Source: an uncultured Actinomycetota bacterium
GTDB taxonomy: Bacteria; Actinomycetota; Actinomycetes; Mycobacteriales; Mycobacteriaceae
Direction: 5' to 3'
DNA: 64,000 bases
NCBI GenBank assembly: GCA_963791535.1
Contig: CAWBSW010000040.1
Location: 62,860-126,859 of the forward strand
Every line of letters starts with the position of its first letter. The stretch's first letter is position 1. The notes under the pieces are model-generated. The model did not search any database and was not told the origin of the DNA. It saw nothing but the letters and a program-made list of their open reading frames with translations. This document shows positions 29,548 through 41,813 of the stretch, one piece after another. The position numbers were made by a program, and so were the translations under genes.

Positions 29548-30411
29548 CTACGCCCGCGAACCCGGGAAATACTTCACCACGCCTTCTTGCACCACAGTGG
29601 CGACCGGCCGCCGGGAGCGGTCGAAGAAATAGCCGGTCCCGAGCCCGCGTGAATCGGTAGCCACCGGCGAGGATGTGGAGTACAACACCCAGTCGTCGAA
29701 GCTCACCTGACGGTGAAACCACACCGAGTGATTGACGGTCGCAGCGAAGATGCGGTCGAAGCCCCACGAGAGCCCGTGCGTGGTGATGATCGAGTCCAGG
29801 ACGGTGGTGTCCGAGCAGTAGAGCATCGTGGCGGTGTGCAGCACCGGATCGTCGGGCATCACACCGTCGGCTTTGACCCAAACTCGGTTGTAGTCGAGCC
29901 GGTCCCCTTTATCCCGCATCACCCAGGACGGGTCGTTGGTGTAGCGCCATTCGATCGGCTGCAGTGCGTTGACGAACAACGGAACAGTGTCCTCGTACCC
30001 GGCCAGCAGCTCCTTGATCGAAGGCAATGTCTCGGGATCGGCGACCTCGGGCGGTTCGACGTTGTGCTCAAGACCGCGACCGCCGGACAAGTAGGAGATC
30101 ATCACCGTCGCGAGCAGAATGCCGTCCTGAGTAACCTCGATGCGCCGGTTCGCGAAGCGACGCTCATCGCGCAGTCGCACCACCTGGAATTCGATGTCCT
30201 TGGCGGTATCACCGCCATTGATGAAGTGCACGGACAGCGCGTTGGGCGGCAAGTCGCGGGTGAGGGTGCGGCTGGCGGCAACAAACGATTGCGCCATCAT
30301 CAGTCCGCCGAATGTCCGGGGCGGGTTCTTCGTGGGATGAGACCCGATGAAGACGTCGTCGCCCATGGGATGCAGGTCGAGCACCGCCATCAGCTCGTCG
30401 AAGTCAGACAC
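29548..30411 (-). CDS. tesB1: Acyl-CoA thioesterase II
   Basis: FGG..AQS, YCSD, NHSVWFH, VQEG. Confidence 0.92.
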   Translation of the reverse strand: MSDFDELMAVLDLHPMGDDVFIGSHPTKNPPRTFGGLMMAQSFVAASRTLTRDLPPNALSVHFINGGDTAKDIEFQVVRLRDERRFANRRIEVTQDGILLATVMISYLSGGRGLEHNVEPPEVADPETLPSIKELLAGYEDTVPLFVNALQPIEWRYTNDPSWVMRDKGDRLDYNRVWVKADGVMPDDPVLHTATMLYCSDTTVLDSIITTHGLSWGFDRIFAATVNHSVWFHRQVSFDDWVLYSTSSPVATDSRGLGTGYFFDRSRRPVATVVQEGVVKYFPGSRA

Positions 30412-30432
30412 CGGGTCAGCCTAGTTGCCCGG

Positions 30433-31851
30433 CTAGACGTCCTCCTCGCCGATTCGGTGCACGTGGATCAGGTTGGTTGAACCGACGGTGCCGGGAGGTG
30501 CACCAGCGACGATCACCACCAGGTCGCCGCGCTTGTAACGGCCGAGCGCCAGCAGCGACTTGTCGACCTGGCGGATCATGCCATCGGTGGTCTGGATGAT
30601 GGGGACGATGAATGTCTCGGTGCCCCACGTCATGGCCAGTTGGCTGCGCACCTCGGGCAGTGGGGTGAACGCCAGCAGCGGCAGTGGCGTGTGCAGCCGG
30701 GCCAGGCGCCGCACGGTGTCCCCGGACTGGGTGAACGCGACCAGGGCCTTGGCGTCGAGGCGTTCGCCGATATCGCGGGCGGCGTAACTGATCACACCGC
30801 GCTTGGTGCGGGGCACGTGCGTCAGCGGCGGGGCGGCGGTCGAATTCTCTTCCACCGCGCACACGATCCGGGCCATCGTCTGGACGGCGGCCAGCGAATG
30901 CTTGCCGACGGCGGTTTCGCCGGACAGCATCAGCGCGTCCGCGCCGTCGAGCACCGCGTTGGCGACGTCTGAGGCCTCGGCCCGTGTCGGTCGTGAGTTT
31001 TCGATCATCGACTCGAGCATCTGCGTCGCGACGATGACGGGTTTTGCGTTCTCCCTGGCCATTTGGATGGCCCGCTTCTGAACCAGCGGAACCTCTTCGA
31101 GCGGCAGCTCGACACCGAGATCGCCACGGGCGACCATCACGGCATCGAAAGCCAGCACAACGGCTTCGAGGTTGTCGATCGCTTCGGGCTTCTCGAGTTT
31201 GGCGATCACCGGTACCCGCCGGCCCACCCGGTCCATCACCTCGTGGACCAGCTCGACATCGGCTGGCGAGCGCACAAACGAGAGCGCCACCATGTCGACG
31301 CCCAAGTGCAGCGCGAACTCGAGATCGTCGATGTCCTTCCCGGACAACGCCGGAGCCGACACGCTCATCCCGGGCAGCGACATCCCCTTGTTGTTGCTGA
31401 CCGGGCCGCCCTCGGTAACCCTGCACACGACGTCGTCGCCGTCGATGTCCGCGACCACCAAGCCGATGTTGCCGTCGTCGACCAGAACCCGATCACCGGG
31501 CAGCGCATCTTTGGCCAACTGCTTGTACGTGGTCGAAACCCGGTCGTGGTTGCCCTCGCAGTTGGCGACGGTGATCCGCACGGTTTCACCATCGGCCCAA
31601 TAAGTCGGTCCGTCAGCGAAACGGCCGAGCCTGATCTTCGGGCCTTGCAGGTCGGCGAGTACACCGACCGCGCGCCCGGTGGCGTCAGAGGCCGCACGCA
31701 CCCGGTCGTACGAAGCTTTGTGATCGCTGTATTCGCCGTGGCTGAAGTTCATTCTGGCGACGTCCATCCCGGCTTCGACCAGCGCTCTGACCGATTCGTC
31801 AGTGCTGGTGGCCGGACCGAGAGTACAGACAATTTTGCCGCGTCTCGCCAC
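30433..31851 (-). CDS. pyk: Pyruvate kinase
   Basis: KIVCTLGP, DLQGPKIR, VARGDLG, MLSGETA. Confidence 0.99.
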   Translation of the reverse strand: MARRGKIVCTLGPATSTDESVRALVEAGMDVARMNFSHGEYSDHKASYDRVRAASDATGRAVGVLADLQGPKIRLGRFADGPTYWADGETVRITVANCEGNHDRVSTTYKQLAKDALPGDRVLVDDGNIGLVVADIDGDDVVCRVTEGGPVSNNKGMSLPGMSVSAPALSGKDIDDLEFALHLGVDMVALSFVRSPADVELVHEVMDRVGRRVPVIAKLEKPEAIDNLEAVVLAFDAVMVARGDLGVELPLEEVPLVQKRAIQMARENAKPVIVATQMLESMIENSRPTRAEASDVANAVLDGADALMLSGETAVGKHSLAAVQTMARIVCAVEENSTAAPPLTHVPRTKRGVISYAARDIGERLDAKALVAFTQSGDTVRRLARLHTPLPLLAFTPLPEVRSQLAMTWGTETFIVPIIQTTDGMIRQVDKSLLALGRYKRGDLVVIVAGAPPGTVGSTNLIHVHRIGEEDV

Positions 31852-31912
31852 GACAAATCAGCATAGTCCCGCTAGCTGGCCATCTCCCGACAGTTACTGA
31901 TCCGACAGCGGG

Positions 31913-32353
31913 CTAACTGGTGAGTAGCGTCGGAACCAACGGGAAACCAGGCAGGTTGCGCACTACTGTCCACGCCAGCATCGCGATCAGGAAAGTCACC
32001 GCCGTCGGTAGCGGCAGCAGCGACCGGTCAGAGCGGCGGCGCAGCAGAATCCAACCGGCCAACATCGGGATGCCGACGAGCAAGAAGATGTTGTCGGTGA
32101 TCGCTGCGGCCAAGTCACCGTGCAGGACGTCGTGCACCATCCGCAGGCCCCCGCAGGCGGGACAGTTCCACCCGGTGAGCAGCCGAAACGGGCACATAGG
32201 AAAGACCGAGTCCGGCTTGTGCGGGTCCACCAGGCCGACGTAACCAACCGCGCCCGCTAGCAGCGCACCCGAAGCCAGGGTGGAGTACAAACGGCCCCGT
32301 GAGTGCGCCCGCGCGGGGCCGGGCTGGGCCTGATTGGTCACGCTTTTCAGCAT
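31913..32353 (-). CDS. DUF2752 membrane protein (Rv1616-like)
   Basis: CPF..LTG..CPACGG.R. Confidence 0.88.
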   Translation of the reverse strand: MLKSVTNQAQPGPARAHSRGRLYSTLASGALLAGAVGYVGLVDPHKPDSVFPMCPFRLLTGWNCPACGGLRMVHDVLHGDLAAAITDNIFLLVGIPMLAGWILLRRRSDRSLLPLPTAVTFLIAMLAWTVVRNLPGFPLVPTLLTS

Positions 32354-32375
32354 GCCAGTCGTCGCGGCGCCGCGG

Positions 32376-33806
32376 CTATCGTCGGCGCAGCCGAGAATTC
32401 AGCCTCTGCCGCCATCCCGACTGCGTTGCGGTCGAGTCGGTCGGCTCCGGGGTCGGCTCATCCGCCGGAGCGGGCTCGTGATCGGCCGATTCCGCTGCCT
32501 CCTCCGACTCCTCGCCCGACTCGGCCTCGGATTCGTCGGCTTCGGGTTCGGGTTCGCCGTCGACGGCTTCGGCGGGCTCTTCGTCGGCTTCAGCAGCCTT
32601 GTCCAGTTCGGGTTCGGGTTCGCCGTCAGCGGCTTCGGCCGGCTCCTCGGCTTCAGCGGCCTCACCCTCTGACTGTTCAGCCGCCTCCTCCTCAGGCTCA
32701 GACGTCGCCGCTACCTCGACTTCGGGAGCATCGACTTCCGCCGCGTCGGCCGCCGCCGCGACCGTTTCAGCTTCGGTGTCGGGTTTGTCGTCCGCCGCGG
32801 TATCCGCCGCCGTCGTCTCTGTCGTTTCCGGCTCGTCAACCGGCTCGTCGGCGACGGCATCAGGAGCAGCGGACTCCACAGAATCCGCAGAATCCACTGT
32901 GTCCCCTTCAACCGAGTCCGGCACGAGTCGGTCAGCAGCCGAGCCACTAAGTGACGCCGGGTCCTCGCGGCCCTTGGGCGCGAGGATCAGATACACCACC
33001 GCGCCGATGAAGACGAATGTCGATGTGAAGGAGTTGATCCGGATTCCGGCGATATGGGTGGCGGCATCGTCTCGCAACAGTTCGATGCCGAAGCGTCCGA
33101 TGCAGTACCCGGCGACATAAAGCGCGAACAGCCGACCGTGCCCGATGGTGAAACGCCGATCCAGGTAAATCAGCACAGCGAAAACCAATAGGTTCCAGAG
33201 CAATTCGTAAAGGAAGGTCGGCTGGACGACCATCGCGAGCTGGCCGGTCGACACGCCGTCAAGCGAATGCACATCCACGAATCCGGCCGGGTCTCGCCGG
33301 TAGAAGATCTCCAAACCCCACGGCATCGTGGTCTCGCGGCCGAAGAGCTCCTGGTTGAAGTAGTTTCCCAGCCGGCCAATCGCCTGGGCGAGAACGATAC
33401 CGGGGGCTATCGCGTCGCCGAAGGCGGGAAGCGGAATCCCGCGACGGCGGCAGGCGATCCACGCACCTACACCGCCCAGGGCGACCGCACCCCAGATTCC
33501 CAGGCCACCGTCCCAGATACGCAGCGCCGCGCCGAGTCCCGCGCCACCTTCACCGAAATACGTCCGCCAGTCGGTTGCCAGGTGGAACAGCCGGCCGCCG
33601 ATAAGCCCGAAAGGCACGGCCCACAGGGCGATGTCATAAATCACACCGCGCTCGCCGCCACGGGCCTCCCAGCGTCGATCACCGATCAGCAGCGCGGCGA
33701 CGATGCCGATGATGATGAACAGCGCGTACGCGCGGATGGGTATCACCCAGATGTGCCAGACTCCGCGCGGCGGGCTCGGGAAATACGCGAGGACACTCGT
33801 CGTCAT
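32376..33806 (-). CDS. lgt: Prolipoprotein diacylglyceryl transferase with acidic C-terminal tail
   Basis: GRLGNYFNQELFGR, PTFLYE; low-complexity E/A/P/D tail. Confidence 0.96.
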   Translation of the reverse strand: MTTSVLAYFPSPPRGVWHIWVIPIRAYALFIIIGIVAALLIGDRRWEARGGERGVIYDIALWAVPFGLIGGRLFHLATDWRTYFGEGGAGLGAALRIWDGGLGIWGAVALGGVGAWIACRRRGIPLPAFGDAIAPGIVLAQAIGRLGNYFNQELFGRETTMPWGLEIFYRRDPAGFVDVHSLDGVSTGQLAMVVQPTFLYELLWNLLVFAVLIYLDRRFTIGHGRLFALYVAGYCIGRFGIELLRDDAATHIAGIRINSFTSTFVFIGAVVYLILAPKGREDPASLSGSAADRLVPDSVEGDTVDSADSVESAAPDAVADEPVDEPETTETTAADTAADDKPDTEAETVAAAADAAEVDAPEVEVAATSEPEEEAAEQSEGEAAEAEEPAEAADGEPEPELDKAAEADEEPAEAVDGEPEPEADESEAESGEESEEAAESADHEPAPADEPTPEPTDSTATQSGWRQRLNSRLRRR

Positions 33807-34615
33807 AACCCGGAAATCCTTTGGCGCACACCGACCGCAAGTTCCTCTGTCAGCGCCCGCAGGGCCGGCATACCCGTAGCCAATGCAGACACGAGTGCGG
33901 AGCCCACGATGACACCGTCGGCATAGCCGGCGATCTGAGCCGCCTGTTCCCGCGATCGCACGCCCAGACCGACACCAACAGGTATGTCAGACACCGCCTT
34001 CACCCTGCCCACCAACTCGGGGGCAGCCTGCGACACCACATCGCGGGCACCGGTCACACCCATGATCGACGCGGCGTAGACAAATCCGCGCGACGCCTCG
34101 ACCGTCGTTGCCAATCGTTGCGGCGTCGACGACGGTGCCACCAAAAAGATGCGGTCCAAGCGGTGATGGTCGGACGCCGCCAACCATTCGTCGGCCTCAT
34201 CGGGAATGAGGTCCGGCGTAATCAACCCATGCCCACCAGCCGCGGCGAGATCCCGGGCGAACGCATCAACCCCGTAGCGCAACACCGGATTCCAGTAAGT
34301 CATCACGACGGCACGGCCACCCGCGGCGCTGATCGCCTCGACGGCGGTCAACGTATCCCGAACTCGTACACCACCGCGCAGTGCAACCTCGGACGCCGTC
34401 GCGATGGTTGGGCCGTCCATACCCGGATCCGAGTACGGCACGCCGACCTCGATGAGGTCGCACCCGGATTCGATCAACGCTGTCATCGCGTCAATGGATG
34501 TCTGCACATCGGGGTATCCGGTCGGCAGGTAGCCGATCAGCGCCGCCCGGTTCTCCCGCTGGCATGAGCTGAAAAGCTCTGTCAAACTATGTGTTTCGCT
34601 TTGCTCGACGGTCAT
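33803..34615 (-). CDS. trpA: Tryptophan synthase alpha
   Basis: [21 protein letters not shown]. Confidence 0.98.
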   Translation of the reverse strand: MTVEQSETHSLTELFSSCQRENRAALIGYLPTGYPDVQTSIDAMTALIESGCDLIEVGVPYSDPGMDGPTIATASEVALRGGVRVRDTLTAVEAISAAGGRAVVMTYWNPVLRYGVDAFARDLAAAGGHGLITPDLIPDEADEWLAASDHHRLDRIFLVAPSSTPQRLATTVEASRGFVYAASIMGVTGARDVVSQAAPELVGRVKAVSDIPVGVGLGVRSREQAAQIAGYADGVIVGSALVSALATGMPALRALTEELAVGVRQRISGL

Positions 34616-35901
34616 GATCGGCCACCGTCTGAGTCCGATTGTCCGGCCTTGTCGAGCAGACCGAACCACTTCGCGGCTGTCTCGACGTCTTTGTCGCCGC
34701 GGCCGGACAGGTTCACGACGATGACCGCTCCGCTGCCCATCTCGACGCCCAGTTTGAGCGCTCCGGCCACCGCGTGCGCCGATTCGATCGCCGGAATGAT
34801 GCCTTCCGCCCGGCACAACAACCGAAACGCATCCATCGCCTCGCTGTCGGTGATCGGCCGGTACTCGGCGCGCCCGGTATCCCGCAGCCACGCGTGTTCG
34901 GGGCCCACGCCGGGATAATCAAGGCCGGCCGAAATCGAATGCGACTCGATGGTCTGGCCGTCTTCGTCCTGCAGCAGGAACGAGAACGATCCCTGAAACG
35001 CGCCGGGCGACCCGCCGGTGAAAGTCGCCGCGTGGCGGCCGGTGTCAACGCCGTCGCCGGCAGCCTCGAAGCCGACGAGTCGAACCCCGGGGTCGTCGAG
35101 GAAGGCGTGGAAAATCCCGATGGCGTTGGATCCCCCGCCAACGCAGGCAGTGACGGCGTCGGGCAGTCGCCCGGCCTGATCCTGGATCTGCACACGCGTC
35201 TCGAGCCCGATGACCCGCTGGAAATCACGGACCATCGTCGGGAAGGGATGCGGCCCGGCGGCCGTCCCGAAGCAGTAGTAGGTGCTGTCGGCGTTGGTGA
35301 CCCAGTCGCGGAACGCCTCGTTGATCGCGTCCTTGAGTGTCTGCGAACCCGACTCGACCGACACCACCTCGGCGCCCAGCAGCCGCATTCGCGCCACATT
35401 GAGGGCCTGCCGCGCGGTGTCGACGGCGCCCATGTAGATGACGCACTCCAACCCGAGCAGCGCACAGGCGGTGGCGGTGGCCACCCCGTGCTGGCCCGCA
35501 CCGGTCTCGGCGATCACCCGCGTCTTGCCCATCTGTCGGGCCAGCAGCGCCTGACCCAGCACGTTGTTGATCTTGTGAGAACCGGTGTGATTCAAGTCTT
35601 CTCGCTTGAGGAATATCCGCGCCCCGCCGGCATGCGCGCTGAGCCGAGCGGCCTCATAGAGCGGGGATGGCCTGCCGGTGTAATGCACCTGCAACTTATC
35701 GAGCGTATCCAGGTATTCCTGGTCGGTGCGCGCCTTCTCGTAGGCGGCGGTGACCTCCTCGATCACCGCCATCAGGGCCTCGGCGACATACCGGCCCCCG
35801 TACACGCCGAAATGACCCCGGGAGTCGGGGTCGTGGCGGGTGGGCTCTGCGATCGCCGCGCTGGAACGCGGAAGTTCCGGACGCAAGATATCTGCCATCA
35901 C
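34612..35901 (-). CDS. trpB: Tryptophan synthase beta
   Basis: [21 protein letters not shown]. Confidence 0.99.
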   Translation of the reverse strand: MMADILRPELPRSSAAIAEPTRHDPDSRGHFGVYGGRYVAEALMAVIEEVTAAYEKARTDQEYLDTLDKLQVHYTGRPSPLYEAARLSAHAGGARIFLKREDLNHTGSHKINNVLGQALLARQMGKTRVIAETGAGQHGVATATACALLGLECVIYMGAVDTARQALNVARMRLLGAEVVSVESGSQTLKDAINEAFRDWVTNADSTYYCFGTAAGPHPFPTMVRDFQRVIGLETRVQIQDQAGRLPDAVTACVGGGSNAIGIFHAFLDDPGVRLVGFEAAGDGVDTGRHAATFTGGSPGAFQGSFSFLLQDEDGQTIESHSISAGLDYPGVGPEHAWLRDTGRAEYRPITDSEAMDAFRLLCRAEGIIPAIESAHAVAGALKLGVEMGSGAVIVVNLSGRGDKDVETAAKWFGLLDKAGQSDSDGGRS

Positions 35902-35968
35902 GAAGGCTCAACGCGCAAGCGGCTCATAGGGTTCAACCATTTCCTACGGGCTCTGCATCGTCGCCGGG

Positions 35969-36787
35969 CTAGCGGGCCGGCTTCGGACACGACGGATGCT
36001 TACCGGCGGTGACCAGGTCGGCGACGGCCGCGCGGGGATCGCCGCTGGTAACTAGGCCCTCACCAACCAGCACCGCGTCAGCGCCCGCGCCGGCGTACGC
36101 CAGCAAGTCGGCGGTGCCGCGCACGCCGGATTCGGCGATCCTGATCACGTCGCTGGGCAGCCCGGGGGCGATGCGCGCGAAGCTGTCTCGATCCACTTTC
36201 AGCGTCTTGAGGTCTCGGGCGTTGACGCCGATCACCCGCGCCCCGGCCTGCAGCGCCCGGTCCGCTTCCTCCTCGGTGTGCACCTCGACCAGTGCGGTCA
36301 TCCCCAAGGACTCGATGCGCTCCAGCATCGACTCCAGCGCAGACTGGTTTAGCGCCGCGACGATCAGCAGCAGCATGTCGGCGCCGTGCGCGCGTGCCTC
36401 GTGAATCTGATACGGCCCAACCACAAAGTCCTTGCGCAGTACCGGAACCGACACCGCTGCGCGCACCGCGTCGAGGTCGTCTAGCGAGCCCTTGAAGCGT
36501 CGCTGTTCGGTCAGCACACTGATGATCCGCGCACCGCCGTCCTCGTACGCGCACGCCAATTTGGCCGGGTCGGAGATCGACGCGAGTTGTCCGGCCGACG
36601 GGCTGGCCCGCTTGACCTCGGCGATGACGCCGATACCGGGCTCCCGCAAAGCCGCTAGGACATCCAGCGGTGGCGGCGTGGCCTCTGCGGCCGCCTTGAT
36701 CGCGGACATGCTCACGACCGCCTCACGAGCGGCAACATCGGCGCGGACTCCGTCAATGATGGAGTCGAGCACGTTTGCCGAACTCAT
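35969..36787 (-). CDS. trpC: Indole-3-glycerol phosphate synthase
   Basis: [19 protein letters not shown]. Confidence 0.98.
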   Translation of the reverse strand: MSSANVLDSIIDGVRADVAAREAVVSMSAIKAAAEATPPPLDVLAALREPGIGVIAEVKRASPSAGQLASISDPAKLACAYEDGGARIISVLTEQRRFKGSLDDLDAVRAAVSVPVLRKDFVVGPYQIHEARAHGADMLLLIVAALNQSALESMLERIESLGMTALVEVHTEEEADRALQAGARVIGVNARDLKTLKVDRDSFARIAPGLPSDVIRIAESGVRGTADLLAYAGAGADAVLVGEGLVTSGDPRAAVADLVTAGKHPSCPKPAR

Positions 36788-36866
36788 GCGTGTCGGATCC
36801 TTCCCCACGGCTGCCAGCAGATCGATGGCGTCCTCCGAAGGGTAGCGACCGTCGGCACGCGGTTCG

Positions 36867-37559
36867 TCACCGACCCTCGGTGTCGGCGTCGTGTCGTGCT
36901 TCTCGTTCCGACTCGCGTGGTTGTGCGGCCGACTCTTGCGGCTGATCGGTCGGGCCCTGGGTCGGGTCTTCGCCTTCGTCGAGGGCATCCCAGATCATTC
37001 GCTCCGACATGGTCTTCTCGTCGCGCTGCGCCATCGACCGGCGGGCAGCGGGGGTCAGGTATTTCGTGACTGTGCCGCCCGCCGACGCCGCGGCTCGCAT
37101 CAACAGCACGGCGCCAGCCAGCGTGCATATCGCGGTCGCCAGGGTGATGACAGGACCGGGGTAATGGCGCTGGCTGCCCACCAACGTCAACACCGGGACG
37201 TGCGCGAGGTCAGCCCCGCGCACGGCCACGTCTGGGACCACCCAAAAGCTGATCGCGAGATAACCCGTCGCCAGGCTCACGACGGCAATCAGCAGCGCGA
37301 GCATCCGCAACGGCCAGCCGCGCACGGCCAGTGCGGCGACGGCGGTCGCCAGCAGCACCAGCGCCAACGGAACCAGGGCCGACGACCATGCCGCGCCGGA
37401 CAGTGTGACGAGCTTGGGTGGGCTCAGCCCGTCGAAAGTCCGCACGTCGACCCAGGTCAGTCGCGATGCCGCCCACAATCCGGCGGCGGCGAGCACCAGC
37501 AGGGCCTGTGCTATCCGGATTGTCCGCCGGCCCGGGCGGTCGGGCTGCGCATCAGCCAT
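36867..37559 (-). CDS. Trp-biosynthesis-associated membrane protein (Rv1610-like)
   Basis: TM helices, [11 protein letters not shown]; lies between trpE and trpC. Confidence 0.88.
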   Translation of the reverse strand: MADAQPDRPGRRTIRIAQALLVLAAAGLWAASRLTWVDVRTFDGLSPPKLVTLSGAAWSSALVPLALVLLATAVAALAVRGWPLRMLALLIAVVSLATGYLAISFWVVPDVAVRGADLAHVPVLTLVGSQRHYPGPVITLATAICTLAGAVLLMRAAASAGGTVTKYLTPAARRSMAQRDEKTMSERMIWDALDEGEDPTQGPTDQPQESAAQPRESEREARHDADTEGR

Positions 37560-37569
37560 CCCGGCTACG

Positions 37570-39186
37570 TTAATTGCCCGCCTCTCCCCCGCAAGCGGGA
37601 GGTGCCCCCACCTCGGGCCGTTTCACGGCCCGCATCGTCGACGGGCGATCGTCGACGGGCGTATCCGGGGGCGTCAGCGTCTCCGCCGCGGCGATCGCAT
37701 TGAGCACCGCCCGCGCCTTGTTCGTCGCCTCGGTGTGCTCGTAGGGACCGTTGGAGTCGGCCACCACGCCGCCGCCGGCCTGGACGTAGGCGGTGCCGTC
37801 GCGCATCAAGGCAGTGCGGATCGCGATCGCGAAGTCGGCGTTGCCGGCGAAATCGAGGTAGCCGATCACGCCGCCGTACAGGCCGCGACGAGTCTTCTCC
37901 ACCTCTTCGATCAGCTCCATCGCCCGCACCTTCGGCGCGCCGGACAACGTTCCGGCCGGGAAGCAGGCCGTCACGGCGTCCAGCGCGGTGCGACCCTCGG
38001 CGAGCATGCCGGTCACCGTGGAGACCAGGTGCATGACATGGCTGTAGCGCTCGATGTGGCTGTAGTCCTCGACACGAACGCTGCCCGGCGCGCAGACCCG
38101 GCCCAGGTCGTTGCGGCCCAAATCGACCAGCATCAAGTGCTCGGCGCGTTCCTTCTCGTCGGCCAGCAGCTCCTTTCCCAGCAGCTGATCCTCTTCCTCG
38201 GTATGTCCACGCCATCTGGTTCCGGCGATCGGATGCGTCGTCGCCCATCCGTCCTGCACGGTCACCAACGCTTCGGGACTCGATCCGGCGATCGAAAACG
38301 CCGTGCCGCCAGCATCATTCGGGACGTGAAGCAGATACATATACGGGCTGGGGTTGGTTGCCCGCAGCATCCGGTACACATCGATCGGGTCGACGTCGGT
38401 GTCCATCTCGAAACGCTGGGAGGGCACCACTTGAAAAGCTTCGCCGGCCGCGATCTGCTCGACGAGGTATTCGACGATCTTCCCGTATTCGTCGACAGTG
38501 CGCTGCGCGCGGTGCCGCGGCTCGGGCCGGGTGAAGGTGGCAACTGTCGAGGGCAGCGGCTGACCCAGCGCGGCGGTCATCACGTCTAGCCGCGCGATCG
38601 CGTCGTCGTAGGCCTCGTCGACTCGCTCGTCGGTGCCGTTCCAATTCACCGCGTTGGCGATCAACGTGATGGTGCCCTCGTGGTGATCGACGGCCGCCAC
38701 GTCGGTGGCCAGTAGCAGCAGCATGTCGGGCAAGTTGAGGTCGTCGACGGCCAACTCGGGCAGCCGTTCGAGCCGTCGCACCAGGTCGTAAGCGAAGAAG
38801 CCCACCATGCCGCCCGACAGCGGTGGCAGCCCCGGCAGCGCGGCGGTGGCCAGTAACTCCAGGGTGGCACCCAGGGCTTGCAGCGGTTCGCCGCCGGTAG
38901 GGGCATCCTGAGGCACCGCGCCGAGCCACACCGCCTCGCCGTCACGCACAGTCAACGCCGACGGCGCGCCGGCGCCGATGAATGACCACCGCGACCACGA
39001 CCGGCCGTTCTCGGCCGACTCCAGGAGGAAGGTGCCCGGCCGGTTGGCGGCCAACTTTCGGTACGCCGACAGCGGCGTCTCGGCATCGGCCAGGACTTTG
39101 CGGGTCACAGGCACCACGCGGTGCTCGGCCGCCAGCGCGCGGAAATCATCCCGCGACGTGGTTGCGGCGGCAAGGTTGGGGTGCAT
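37570..39186 (-). CDS. trpE: Anthranilate synthase component I; C-terminus runs into a repeat
   Basis: [18 protein letters not shown]. Confidence 0.97.
   Translation of the reverse strand: MHPNLAAATTSRDDFRALAAEHRVVPVTRKVLADAETPLSAYRKLAANRPGTFLLESAENGRSWSRWSFIGAGAPSALTVRDGEAVWLGAVPQDAPTGGEPLQALGATLELLATAALPGLPPLSGGMVGFFAYDLVRRLERLPELAVDDLNLPDMLLLLATDVAAVDHHEGTITLIANAVNWNGTDERVDEAYDDAIARLDVMTAALGQPLPSTVATFTRPEPRHRAQRTVDEYGKIVEYLVEQIAAGEAFQVVPSQRFEMDTDVDPIDVYRMLRATNPSPYMYLLHVPNDAGGTAFSIAGSSPEALVTVQDGWATTHPIAGTRWRGHTEEEDQLLGKELLADEKERAEHLMLVDLGRNDLGRVCAPGSVRVEDYSHIERYSHVMHLVSTVTGMLAEGRTALDAVTACFPAGTLSGAPKVRAMELIEEVEKTRRGLYGGVIGYLDFAGNADFAIAIRTALMRDGTAYVQAGGGVVADSNGPYEHTEATNKARAVLNAIAAAETLTPPDTPVDDRPSTMRAVKRPEVGAPPACGGEAGN
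37571..37643 (-). repeat. Dispersed MIRU-like repeat (copy B)
   Basis: Matches 13328-13416 over most of its length. Confidence 0.75.
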
Positions 39187-39248
39187 CCTTCTATCTTCCA
39201 GGCAGTTTCCTTCGATGCCGCATTGACCCCCGGCGTAGCGTAACGGCC

Positions 39249-39707
39249 ATGAAAACCGGTGACACCGTTGCTGACTTCGAGCTTCCCGACCAGACTGGCA
39301 CCCCGCGGAAGCTGAGCGCCCTGCTGTCCGACGGTCCGATAGCGCTGTTCTTCTACCCGGCCGCGATGACACCCGGCTGTACCAAGGAGGCCTGCCACTT
39401 CCGCGACCTGGCCGGAGAATTCGCTGCCGTCGGGGCCAGCCGGGTCGGAATCAGCGTTGATCCCGTTGCAAAGCAAGCCAAGTTCGCCGAGACGCAGCGT
39501 TTCGACTACCCGCTGCTGTCCGACACCGACGGCGCGGTCGCCACCCAGTTCGGCGTCAAACGAGGACTGTTGGGCAAGTTGATGCCGGTCAAGCGCACCA
39601 CCTTCGTCATCGACACCGATCGCAAGGTGCTCGACGTGATCTCCAGCGAACTAAGCATGGACACTCACGCCGACAAGGCGTTGGCGACGCTGCGGGCACG
39701 CAGCTAA
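39249..39707 (+). CDS. bcpB: Peroxiredoxin BcpB
   Basis: [15 protein letters not shown]. Confidence 0.94.
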   Translation: MKTGDTVADFELPDQTGTPRKLSALLSDGPIALFFYPAAMTPGCTKEACHFRDLAGEFAAVGASRVGISVDPVAKQAKFAETQRFDYPLLSDTDGAVATQFGVKRGLLGKLMPVKRTTFVIDTDRKVLDVISSELSMDTHADKALATLRARS

Positions 39708-39731
39708 CCGGCGCGTTTGTAGCATGCTGGC

Positions 39732-41276
39732 ATGCCGCACAGCGAGGGCCTCGAACAAGGAGACGTGTTCGCCGGATACACGATTGTGCGGCGGTTGGGA
39801 TCCGGCGGGATGGGCGAGGTCTACTTGGCCCAACATCCGCGGCTGCCCCGCCGAGACGCCCTCAAGGTGCTGCCCGCAAGCCTGACCGCGGACCACGAGT
39901 ACCGGCAGCGATTCAGCCGCGAAGCGGACCTCGCCGCGGAGCTGTGGCATCCCCACATTGTCGGTATCCACGACCGCGGCGAGTTCGAGGGACAGCTGTG
40001 GCTTTCGATGGACTATGTCGAGGGAACCGATGCCGCCGAGTTGCTGCGCAGCCGGTATCCATCGGGGATGCCGAAAGCCGAGGCGTTCGAGATCGTCACC
40101 GCCGTCGCTGACGCCCTCGATTACGCCCATCTACGGGGACTGCTGCACCGCGACGTCAAGCCCGCCAACATCTTGGTGGCTGAAGCCGATCCTCGAGGGC
40201 GACGGATCCTGCTGGCCGACTTCGGAATTGCCCGCGCGATCGGTGATATCAGCGGTCTCACCGCCACCAACATGGTGGTCGGCACTACCGGCTACTCGGC
40301 GCCCGAACAACTCATGGGTTCAGATATCGACGCGCGCGCCGACCAATACGCGCTTGGTTGCACAGCTTTTCAACTGCTGACCGGGGAAGCGCCGTATCAG
40401 AACTCCAATGCGGCGGTGGTGATCAGCCAACATCTGTCCGCGCCACCCCCGCGGATCGGCGAACGACGGCCCGATCTCGCCGAGCTCAACGATGTGATTA
40501 CCAAGGTGTTGGCAAAGGATCCCGCTGATCGCTACGCCAGCTGCTCGGATCTCGCTTTGGCACTCACCGGCCAACCGGCCGCCGGCGCGGCGCGCACGGT
40601 TGCCGGTCACGCAGCCGCGGCCCCCACGGTCCGGGTAACCGCGCCGCACCAGCCCCCGGAGGCGAAACCGCGGCGTCGCGGGTTGCGGCCGGCGGTGGTG
40701 ATAGCCGTTGTCGCCACGCTTCTGGTGCTCGCGGTGGCCGGAGTTGTGGGTGCAGAGCTGCTGCGGCAGCGCGCCCACCACCCGGACAACGGCGCGACCA
40801 TCGACAGGAACCCGTCGGACAATGGGGCCAATGGCGCCAACCCGAGCCAGCCGGGTAACAGCGGCACCGTGGCACCGCCGTCGATCCAACTCACCAGGTA
40901 CATCACCGATAACTCAGGCGTGTTGACGCCCGCCGGCCGCACCGCGGTGGAGGATGCGATCTCGAAGCTCTACACTCAGCGCAACGTCCACCTATGGGTG
41001 GCGTACGTCAACGATTTCTCCGGGCTCACCCCACTGAGATGGGCTGAGGACACCATGCGCGCCAACGGATTCAGCGACACAGACGGGCTTTTGGCCATCG
41101 CCACCGCGCGCCGAACTTTCGCGTTTCGACCGCCGGTCGCAATGACCAACGGAACCAACGGAACTCGCGTCAATGCTGAGCTGATTCGGAAGGATCGGAT
41201 CGCGCCCGCTGTGCGAAGCGACGAATGGACCCGTGCGGCGGTAGGGGCCGCCAACGGATTAGAGGCCGCCGGCTAG
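39732..41276 (+). CDS. Hanks-type Ser/Thr kinase with TM helix and C-terminal TPM-like domain
   Basis: [20 protein letters not shown]; ITDNSGVLT...LWVAYVNDF...LLAIAT. Confidence 0.9.
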   Translation: MPHSEGLEQGDVFAGYTIVRRLGSGGMGEVYLAQHPRLPRRDALKVLPASLTADHEYRQRFSREADLAAELWHPHIVGIHDRGEFEGQLWLSMDYVEGTDAAELLRSRYPSGMPKAEAFEIVTAVADALDYAHLRGLLHRDVKPANILVAEADPRGRRILLADFGIARAIGDISGLTATNMVVGTTGYSAPEQLMGSDIDARADQYALGCTAFQLLTGEAPYQNSNAAVVISQHLSAPPPRIGERRPDLAELNDVITKVLAKDPADRYASCSDLALALTGQPAAGAARTVAGHAAAAPTVRVTAPHQPPEAKPRRRGLRPAVVIAVVATLLVLAVAGVVGAELLRQRAHHPDNGATIDRNPSDNGANGANPSQPGNSGTVAPPSIQLTRYITDNSGVLTPAGRTAVEDAISKLYTQRNVHLWVAYVNDFSGLTPLRWAEDTMRANGFSDTDGLLAIATARRTFAFRPPVAMTNGTNGTRVNAELIRKDRIAPAVRSDEWTRAAVGAANGLEAAG

Positions 41277-41288
41277 CAGGGAGGCCGG

Positions 41289-41813
41289 TCACGGCACGCT
41301 ATCCCACTCCTCGTCTGTCACATCGGGGATGCAGTGGTAGGCGATTACCGCAGTCCCCGGGTTCGCGACGCCGCCGTCGATGTTCAGGCAGGGACCGAGC
41401 GCACTCGTCACCTGGGCGTTGGGTTGGGTGCTCCAAAGCTGGTTGTTCGAATTGACCTGACAGGTCGAGAGGATTACCGGGGTGGTATCTGCCGCGTTAC
41501 TGATGCTAAGGCAAGCCCCGGGGAAGGCAACGCTCTCGATCTGACCGGCAGAGTTGCGATTCCAGAGCTGGGATTTCGACCCATCGCAAGAGTTGACCAT
41601 CGTCGCAGTGTTGTTCCCACCCGGAGCGTCTAGACACCAATTGCCCAATCGACTCTTCAACTGGACCGGGTCGGCGGCACCCGCCACACCAGCGCTCAAC
41701 AGGGCGATACCGAACACTGCACCGCCGACGACAAGGGCGCTGCGTACACCGCCCATCAACCGTGATTCACGCATCTCCGCTCCATCCACTCGTCCTAGTC
41801 CATCGTTGCGCAC
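41289..41813 (-). CDS. Secreted ricin-B (beta-trefoil) lectin; start may be downstream
   Basis: Signal peptide; CLD...C...QLW repeats. Confidence 0.88.
   Translation of the reverse strand: MRNDGLGRVDGAEMRESRLMGGVRSALVVGGAVFGIALLSAGVAGAADPVQLKSRLGNWCLDAPGGNNTATMVNSCDGSKSQLWNRNSAGQIESVAFPGACLSISNAADTTPVILSTCQVNSNNQLWSTQPNAQVTSALGPCLNIDGGVANPGTAVIAYHCIPDVTDEEWDSVP

Noticed and set aside
32376-32960. Long acidic repetitive tail of Lgt
   Set aside because: A known feature of mycobacterial Lgt proteins.
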